A stretch of DNA of 13,008 nucleotides from an uncultured bacterium (GTDB lineage: Bacteria > Schekmanbacteria > GWA2-38-11 > J061). The notes beneath the pieces were generated by a model, which was not told the DNA's origin, did not search any database, and saw only the letters and a list, made by a program, of their open reading frames with translations. The position numbers and the translations under genes were made by a program. Below, in pieces: positions 7,099 through 13,008 of the stretch (its first letter is position 1; every line of letters starts with the position of its first letter). The stretch covers positions 7,102 through 20,109 of the forward strand of contig CAZJVM010000048.1 of NCBI GenBank assembly GCA_964549305.1, in the 5' to 3' direction.

Positions 7099-8313
7099 TT
7101 AGATGGATTCATCGATGAGGATTACATCTGCCTCTTCGCCTTTCTTGAGAAGCGTTGCCTCTCTTTCGACAACGGCAATGCTGTTTGCTTTTGACATTGA
7201 TGTAAGTATTCCGGAACCCTGTGCTCCGGTGGTGCGGAAAAAGTATTTCCCTTCTCTATTTTCGGTGATTGCGCGGATAAAGTGCTTTCTTCCCGCTTTT
7301 TTCTTTATGTCTTCCAAAGCTTCCGCTTTAACGCTTTTTCTGTGTAAATTCGAAAATCCCTGAATCATCCTGATCATAGGCCGCACATAAATTTCAAAGC
7401 AGAGCATCGTGGCAGTGGGATTTCCGGGAAGCCCGAATACGAGCGATTTTCCGAGAGTGCCGAAGAGCAGGGGTTTCCCCGGTTTTTGGGCGACCTTCCA
7501 GAACTTTTTTTCAAATCCGAGTTCTCCGAGGATATCCTTTACAAAATCATAATCGCCGACGGATACGCCTCCCGTGGTAAGGATGATATCCGCAGATGAC
7601 GCTTTTTTAACGGCGTCCCGCAGTATGTCTCTGTCGTCTTTGATGATTCCCATCTGAAGGGTCAGGGCACCGCTTTCGTTAATCTGCGCTTCGAGGGCGT
7701 AATTGTTGCTTGTTACAATTTTTCCGGGCTCGATTTTTTCATCCAGGTCGACAAGCTCGTCTCCTGTGGAAAGAACTGCAACTGTCGGTCGCCTGTAGAC
7801 ATTAATAGCGGATGCCTGCACTGATGCCATCACTCCAATGTCTGCAGGTGTGATTACTTTTCCGCGCGGTACTACGATATCGCCCACATTTATGTCTTCT
7901 CCCTTTTTCCTGATGTTTTCACCCCTTTCAGCGCTTCTTTCAAGCACTACTTCGTCTCCGCTGTCATGGGCGAACTCCCGCATTACAACCGCTTCGGCGC
8001 CTTCGGGAATGGGCGCGCCCGTCATAATTCTCGCGCATTCCCCCTTTTCGATTTTCCCTTCGTAGAAACTTCCCGCGGGAATATCTGTTTTTACTTTCAA
8101 CTTAACGCCCGAGGTCTCAGACGCAGATTCCACATCCTCTGTCTTTACGGCAAAACCGTCCATTGCGGAATTGTCCCATGGAGGCACGGTGATTGACGCC
8201 TTGACATCTTCGGCGCAGACTCTGTTAAGGGAGTTGAGAAGCGGAACTTCCTCTATATGTGAAGAAACGGGAGTTTCCAGGACTATGGACAATGCTTCTT
8301 CAACTGTAATCAT
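7099..8313 (-). CDS. moeA: Molybdopterin molybdotransferase MoeA (gephyrin-like)
   Basis: Motifs PPWDNSAMDGFA, IMTGAPIPEGA, STGDEL, TTGGVSVGDYD, KPGKP, LPGNP and QGSGILTSM. An AGGAG SD precedes the ATG at 8313. Confidence 0.96.
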   Translation of the reverse strand: MITVEEALSIVLETPVSSHIEEVPLLNSLNRVCAEDVKASITVPPWDNSAMDGFAVKTEDVESASETSGVKLKVKTDIPAGSFYEGKIEKGECARIMTGAPIPEGAEAVVMREFAHDSGDEVVLERSAERGENIRKKGEDINVGDIVVPRGKVITPADIGVMASVQASAINVYRRPTVAVLSTGDELVDLDEKIEPGKIVTSNNYALEAQINESGALTLQMGIIKDDRDILRDAVKKASSADIILTTGGVSVGDYDFVKDILGELGFEKKFWKVAQKPGKPLLFGTLGKSLVFGLPGNPTATMLCFEIYVRPMIRMIQGFSNLHRKSVKAEALEDIKKKAGRKHFIRAITENREGKYFFRTTGAQGSGILTSMSKANSIAVVEREATLLKKGEEADVILIDESI

Positions 8314-8383
8314 TATTAACTCCTAATTTTTTTAGTTGAATAATCATTTCGCAACGATAAGGCGAAGATGAGATTAAAAGATT

Positions 8384-8426
8384 AAAAAAATATGACTATA
8401 TTTAGAAATATTCTTGCCCATAGTCA
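8384..8426 (-). terminator. Possible intrinsic terminator (or operator) downstream of the receiver gene
   Basis: Minus strand reads TGACTATG-N18-TATAGTCA followed by TATTTTTTT, with an inner mini-stem AGAA/TTCT. The stem is AT-rich and the loop long, so this is weak. Confidence 0.3.
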
Positions 8427-8469
8427 ACCTAAACAAAAAAATTTGGGGTATGGTTTGAATAAAGGAAGT

Positions 8470-8841
8470 TTATGGCTGAGTCTGAATCTTCGTTGCTTTT
8501 ACGATGGCATCCATAAGGGTGGAAATCTTAAGCGGTTTGCTGAAATACTCGAAAGCGCCTGCCCTCAGGGAGTCCTCCCTGAAATTTTTATCTCCAAATG
8601 CAGTTGTAATGATAACCGGTGTTTTAGGAAACCTCTTTTTTATTCCTCTGATTACATCGATTCCGCATATCTCGGGCATATTTTTATCGGTGATTACAAG
8701 GTCGAATGTTTCCTGCCCCATCATTGTAAGCGCGTCTTTCCCGTTAAAGGATTTAGATACAGAATATCCCTTGAGGTTGAGGATGTCTTCAAGCATCGAG
8801 CAAAACTCAGTGTCGTCATCGATTATAAGTATTTTTTTCAT
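8470..8841 (-). CDS. Single-domain response regulator (stand-alone receiver)
   Basis: 123 aa: ILIIDDD, phospho-acceptor Asp in VITDKNMP, IITTAFG and YFSKP. There is no output domain. Confidence 0.92.
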   Translation of the reverse strand: MKKILIIDDDTEFCSMLEDILNLKGYSVSKSFNGKDALTMMGQETFDLVITDKNMPEICGIDVIRGIKKRFPKTPVIITTAFGDKNFREDSLRAGAFEYFSKPLKISTLMDAIVKATKIQTQP

Positions 8842-8892
8842 AGCTGATTATAGTTAAAAATTAAGAAAAACAATTAACTGTCTGAAATGGTA

Positions 8893-8909
8893 AGCAGAAA
8901 TCGTGCCAA
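8893..8909 (-). promoter_or_regulatory. Sigma54 (-24/-12) promoter
   Basis: Minus strand reads TTGGCACGATTTCTGCT, with exact GG-N10-GC spacing and one mismatch to TGGCACG-N4-TTGCW. It lies about 50 nt upstream of the ATG at 8841 and directly downstream of a GAFTGA activator gene. Confidence 0.85.
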
Positions 8910-8935
8910 AGTTGAAAAAATGATTATAAGCGAAG

Positions 8936-8948
8936 TATCTTATTGATA
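8936..8948 (-). promoter_or_regulatory. Candidate IHF binding site
   Basis: TATCAATAAGATA against WATCAANNNNTTR (one mismatch), in an AT-rich tract between the sigma54 promoter and the upstream palindromes, which is the usual position. Confidence 0.45.
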
Positions 8949-8989
8949 GATAAGGATGATTTGTTTTTTTTAGAGGGGTTTTTAATAAA

Positions 8990-9028
8990 ATTGCCGCAAT
9001 TCAGAGGTCATTGATATGACATTTTGTC
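8990..9028. promoter_or_regulatory. Candidate upstream activator sequences for a sigma54 enhancer-binding protein
   Basis: Three clustered dyads: ATTGC-C-GCAAT (8990-9000), GTCAT-N4-ATGAC (9007-9020) and GACA-N3-TGTC (9018-9028). They sit about 110-145 nt upstream of the predicted start site. Confidence 0.45.
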
Positions 9029-9029
9029 C

Positions 9030-10394
9030 CTATTCCTTGCCTTTATTGCTTAAATTGTACTGTTTTTCTTTCCGGTATAAAGTTCTCGAGCTGATTCCGA
9101 GAATCTCTGCCGCTTTTTGTTTGTTGCCTCCCACCTCTTCAAGCACGGCATTGATATAGTCCTTTTCAAAATTATCGAGGGTCATTCTGCTGCCCATAAC
9201 TCTGGAAAGATTGAGCCCTTTCCTGTCTGTGGCAAGGTGTAAATCTTGCGCTTTGATTGTTGACTTTCTGCAGAGCATTACTGTTCTTTCGATAGTGTTT
9301 TCAAGCTCCCTTACATTTCCTTTCCAGTCAAGCGAGCTGAGCGCGCTTATAGCGTCTTCGGAGATATTTTTTTTAATCCCCTGTTCTGTGGCTATTTTAT
9401 CGAGGAAATGATTAATGAGCAGGGGGATGTCTTCCCTTCTTTCATTAAGCGGCGGAATGTGCAGAGGTATGACATTCAGCCGGTAAAAAAGATCTTCCCT
9501 GAATGTCTGTTTTTCGATTTCTTCCTCCAGGTTTTTGTTGGTGGCGGCTATAATTCTCACATCAACATTCACAGTATGCACGCTTCCAACGGGTCTTATG
9601 ACCCTGTCCTGAAGTACGCGCAGAAGTTTTGCCTGAAGTCCCAGCCCCATATCCCCGATTTCGTCGAGGAATAATGTTCCCTTGTTTGCTTTTTCGAAAA
9701 GCCCCTGTTTCGAACCCACTGCCCCGGTAAATGCTCCCTTCACGTGTCCGAAAAGTTCGCTTTCGAGAAGCCCTTCGGGAATTGCGGTGCAGTTTATGGG
9801 CACGAAAGGTTTCTGCTTTCTTCTTCCGTTATAGTGAATTGCCTTTGCCACCAACTCCTTACCTGTGCCGCTCGCGCCGTAGATTACAAGATTGCTGTTG
9901 TTTTCCGATACCACTCTTATCATTTCAAAGACTTTCTGCATCGGCGCGCTTTTCCCGATGATGTTAAAGAAGCTGTATTTCCTTTCCACTTCGTTTCGAA
10001 GCTGTATATTTTCAATTTCGAGGTTGCGTTTTTCGATGGCTTTTTTGACAGTAATGAGAATCTCATTCATTTTGAAGGGCTTTGTGATGTAGTGGTAAGC
10101 GCCTTTTTTTACAGCTTCTATAGCGGTTTCAATTGAGCCGAAAGCGGTAATCATTATTACTTCCAATTTTGAGTCGATTTGTTTTATTTTTTTTAAAAGC
10201 TGCATTCCGCTCATCTGCGGCATCTTCATATCGCTGATAACGATGGAAAAGTTTTCCTCGCCGGCGAGCTTGAGGGCGTCGTTTCCGCTTCCGGCGACTT
10301 TCACTTCAAAACCTTCTTCTGTGAGAAAGTCCCTCAGGACTTCCGCCATTTCAAGGTCGTCGTCAACAACTAATATTTGCGTCTTTTCCGTCAT
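9030..10394 (-). CDS. NtrC/AtoC/ZraR-family sigma54-dependent response regulator (REC-AAA+-Fis HTH)
   Basis: REC (ILVVDDD, ISDMKMP, ITAFG, TKP), Walker A GASGTGKE, ESELFGHVKGAFTGA, Walker B LFLDEIG, QAKLLRVLQ, FREDLFYRL, GNVRELEN, and HTH GNKQKAAEILGISSRTLYRK. It has an ATGA 4-nt overlap with the kinase. Confidence 0.96.
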   Translation of the reverse strand: MTEKTQILVVDDDLEMAEVLRDFLTEEGFEVKVAGSGNDALKLAGEENFSIVISDMKMPQMSGMQLLKKIKQIDSKLEVIMITAFGSIETAIEAVKKGAYHYITKPFKMNEILITVKKAIEKRNLEIENIQLRNEVERKYSFFNIIGKSAPMQKVFEMIRVVSENNSNLVIYGASGTGKELVAKAIHYNGRRKQKPFVPINCTAIPEGLLESELFGHVKGAFTGAVGSKQGLFEKANKGTLFLDEIGDMGLGLQAKLLRVLQDRVIRPVGSVHTVNVDVRIIAATNKNLEEEIEKQTFREDLFYRLNVIPLHIPPLNERREDIPLLINHFLDKIATEQGIKKNISEDAISALSSLDWKGNVRELENTIERTVMLCRKSTIKAQDLHLATDRKGLNLSRVMGSRMTLDNFEKDYINAVLEEVGGNKQKAAEILGISSRTLYRKEKQYNLSNKGKE

Positions 10395-13008
10395 ATCCCT
10401 TCCGCCTTATGGTCTGCGGCATTTTTAATCTCCGGCAGTTGTATAAGAAACTCCGTGCCTTTCCCTACCGTGCTTTTAACTTCAATATTTCCTTCGTGGT
10501 CTTTTATTATTCCGTAAGTTACGGCAAGCCCAAGTCCCGTCCCTTTCCCGATTTCCTTTGTGGTGAAAAAGGGATCATAAATTCTCGAGATATTTTTTTT
10601 CTCTATTCCTTCGCCCGTGTCGCAAATTCTGATTTCAACCATTTTTTCACTTTTGTTTATTGCTGTTTCTACAGTAAGTTTACCTCCCTGTGGCATTGCG
10701 TGCAGGGAATTTATAAAAAGGTTCAGGAATACCTGTTGAATCTGATTTTCATCTCCTTCAACAAGGGAGATATTCTTATCCGCTTTTTTTTCTATTACAA
10801 TCTGAGATTTGTCAAGTTTTGTTTCAAGAAGGATAAGGGTGTCGTCTATGACGCTGTTAATGTTTACGCCTTTTATCTCCTTTTTTTCAGAGCGCGTGAA
10901 TTTAAGAAGCTGTTGAATGAGCGATGTTATTCGGTCAATCTGCCTTATTATCGATTTGAGGCCGTCGTTTATTTTAGGATTGTCATCAACAAGAGAAAGT
11001 ATGTATTCCGCTCTTCCGGAGATTATGTTAAGGGGTGTGCCGATTTCGTGGGCAAGTCCGGCAGTCAACTCACCCACCGCGGAGAGTTTTTCCGACTGTA
11101 TTAGCTGTTTTTCGAGGCTTTTTTTCTCCGAAATGTCCCTCACGATAACTGAGCACCCTATTATATCACCGTTGCTGTCTTTAAGGGGTGTGCGCGTCAA
11201 TGCGACATTTATTCTTTTTCCTGACTTCGTGATTCTTTCCGTTTCATAATTTTTGAGTGCTCCCTTTTCGCTGGTGGTGTCTATTATCCACTGCATTTCG
11301 CCCTTGTTTTTAAGGTCTTCAGGTAGAAGTATTTCAAAGGATTTGCCTATTATTTCATCTTTCCTGTATTCATACATATCTTCCGCGCCTTTATTCCATG
11401 TTGTAATGATATTTGAGTTGTCAATACTGATAATGGCGTCTGCTGAGTTTTCTGAAATATTGGCAATATAACTTTCGTGCCTTCGCAGACTTTCTTCCAT
11501 AGCTCTTTTCTCGGTAACATCTTCTATGAAAGCTACCGCGCCCGATATTTCGTCACTATGCCCCTTCAACGGGCTTGCCACAAAATCGAAAAATCCCTCT
11601 CCTATGAAAGGAAGCTTTATATTCGTGCCCTGTCGTGATTTTTTCTCTCTGATTACTTTCTTTATTTCTTCAGCTAAAATGCCTCCATCTTCACGGGAGA
11701 GGAATTCGGAAATGCTTCTTCCGGTAACGGATTTTTCCAATATGCCCGATGCTGACTCAAGATAATCATTCCAGGCGATGATATTCATATTTATATCAAC
11801 TGCCAAAACCCCCACTGATATGCTTTCGAGCATATTTTGCGTGAATGCTATATTTTCATTAAGCTCTCTTGTCCTTTCCTCTACAAGTTGCTCGAGGTGG
11901 GAGTAGGACTCTTCCAGCTTTTGAGCCATTATATTGAATGATTTTGCCATTTCGCCCACTTCGTCTTTTGTGGTGATATTTACCCTTTTATTCAGCTCGC
12001 CGCTTCCGATTTCTCCCGCTGCTTCACTCAGGTTTAAAAGCGGTTTGCTTATGTTAAGCGATATGTAATAAGCCACCGCGGCAATGAGGAAGAAAAAGAT
12101 TATTCCCAGACTTATTGCCTGATTTCTCAGTCTGTTTAAGGGCATGAACGCTTCACTTTCGTCAAGCTCACAGCAGAGCACCCATCCCGTTTCGGGAGAG
12201 AGTCGGTAGGTGCCGACGATTTTTTTTCCATTTTTTCTGAGAAAACTTCCGGTAATGACCTTTTTATTAAATGCCTGAATGATTTCCTCTTTTTTTATTA
12301 CCGCAGATTCCTTTCCTTTGTCATATTCTGTAAGCATCTTGCCTGAATGATTTACAAAATAAAAAATGCTCGTTTCTCCGAGGTTTCTGCCTTCATCAAG
12401 AAGTTCAAAAAGTTTTGCATTGCTCACTTTCCCCGCGACAACACCGAGAAAAGCGCCTCCTGAAGTCTTCAACGGAGAACTGACCGTCATGGTGGGAACG
12501 GCATCGTTATAGGAGATGGTAGTGGAAGTTTTGATAGAACCCTTTTTGAAGTATTTGGTTTTTGACTTGTCCATACCTATGAGGGCGGGATTTACGGCGG
12601 AAATTATTACTCCATTCATGCCGATTACTAAAAGTTCATTGTTGTTTGCGTCCTCCGTTTCCAATTTTTCAAGGTATTTCTTCAGTTCGTTAGCGGATTT
12701 AACTCTTCTCTTTTTGCTTCGTATCGGTTCCTGAACTATTTCCACATTGTTGAGCATATATTGATTACCGGGAAAAATGGAGGATATGTTGATTTCTCTT
12801 TCTCTGATAAAATGACTTATTTTTGTGTTTACATAAAGGGAGACTGTGGCAATCTGGTTAAATATCCTTGATTTGAGTGCTTCTCTGCTGATTGTATATC
12901 CCTGATATATTGCAAGAGAGAAGGGGAGAAGAGACAGAAGGAGAAGCGCGATGAAAATTTTTCTTCCTATTCCGCTGAATATAAGGAAACTTCGTTTCTC
13001 TTTATTTG
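10391..13008 (-). CDS. Membrane sensor histidine kinase (TM1-Cache-like-TM2-HAMP-PAS-PAS-HisKA-HATPase), 5' end outside the window
   Basis: The frame is open upstream of the track's ATG (12757) to the window edge and encodes TM1 (RKIFIALLLLSLLPFSLAIYQ). Also seen: TM2 ISLGIIFFFLIAAVAYYI, HAMP (SKPL...DEVGEMAKSFNIM), two PAS domains ending EDVTE and RDISE, H-box LAHEIGTPL, N-box QVFLNLFINS, DTGEGI, FFTTK and GTGLGL. Confidence 0.95.
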   Translation of the reverse strand, partial: NKEKRSFLIFSGIGRKIFIALLLLSLLPFSLAIYQGYTISREALKSRIFNQIATVSLYVNTKISHFIREREINISSIFPGNQYMLNNVEIVQEPIRSKKRRVKSANELKKYLEKLETEDANNNELLVIGMNGVIISAVNPALIGMDKSKTKYFKKGSIKTSTTISYNDAVPTMTVSSPLKTSGGAFLGVVAGKVSNAKLFELLDEGRNLGETSIFYFVNHSGKMLTEYDKGKESAVIKKEEIIQAFNKKVITGSFLRKNGKKIVGTYRLSPETGWVLCCELDESEAFMPLNRLRNQAISLGIIFFFLIAAVAYYISLNISKPLLNLSEAAGEIGSGELNKRVNITTKDEVGEMAKSFNIMAQKLEESYSHLEQLVEERTRELNENIAFTQNMLESISVGVLAVDINMNIIAWNDYLESASGILEKSVTGRSISEFLSREDGGILAEEIKKVIREKKSRQGTNIKLPFIGEGFFDFVASPLKGHSDEISGAVAFIEDVTEKRAMEESLRRHESYIANISENSADAIISIDNSNIITTWNKGAEDMYEYRKDEIIGKSFEILLPEDLKNKGEMQWIIDTTSEKGALKNYETERITKSGKRINVALTRTPLKDSNGDIIGCSVIVRDISEKKSLEKQLIQSEKLSAVGELTAGLAHEIGTPLNIISGRAEYILSLVDDNPKINDGLKSIIRQIDRITSLIQQLLKFTRSEKKEIKGVNINSVIDDTLILLETKLDKSQIVIEKKADKNISLVEGDENQIQQVFLNLFINSLHAMPQGGKLTVETAINKSEKMVEIRICDTGEGIEKKNISRIYDPFFTTKEIGKGTGLGLAVTYGIIKDHEGNIEVKSTVGKGTEFLIQLPEIKNAADHKAEGI

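Noticed and set aside
8314-8469. Moco/Wco riboswitch or ModE box upstream of moeA
   Set aside because: The spacer is very AT-rich, and I could not find the multi-stem Moco RNA pattern or a ModE-type CGxTATATA-N-TATATAxCG dyad. An Rfam scan would settle it.
9030-10394. Specific gene symbol (ntrC, atoC, zraR) for the activator
   Set aside because: These paralogues cannot be told apart by motifs alone, and no gln, ato or zraP genes are nearby.
13-12734. All plus-strand ORFs in the track (e.g. 910-1311, 2756-3280, 3661-4272, 8392-8847, 10409-11104)
   Set aside because: They lie antisense to well-supported minus-strand genes, show no recognisable motifs, and have the Ser/Phe/Ile-rich composition typical of shadow frames.
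1-13008. CRISPR arrays, tRNA/rRNA, IS elements, prophage or defence genes
   Set aside because: I saw no periodic direct repeats, cloverleaf signatures, transposase or integrase motifs; intergenic gaps are all under 200 nt.

Overview
Bacterial chromosomal window of moderate-to-low GC with every real gene on the minus strand. In transcription order (right to left): a 5'-truncated membrane sensor histidine kinase (TM-Cache-TM-HAMP-PAS-PAS-HisKA-HATPase), an NtrC-family sigma54 activator, and a stand-alone receiver protein preceded by a near-consensus sigma54 promoter with candidate IHF and enhancer sites. These are followed by moeA-mobB-mobA (molybdenum cofactor maturation), an atypical signal-peptide-bearing YidD-like protein coupled to a secreted TPR/hydrophobic-hairpin protein, a ThDP-dependent enzyme with an apparent twin-arginine (Tat) signal peptide, trmJ, an MscS-family channel, and a 3'-truncated pyridoxamine-5'-phosphate-oxidase-like protein that the ORF track missed. 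I saw no RNA genes, CRISPR arrays or mobile elements. The most notable items are the putatively periplasmic ThDP enzyme with a divergent active site, the YidD-like/TPR envelope pair away from the yidC locus, and a possible sigma54 feedback loop. All calls come from motifs read by eye; no database searches were run.
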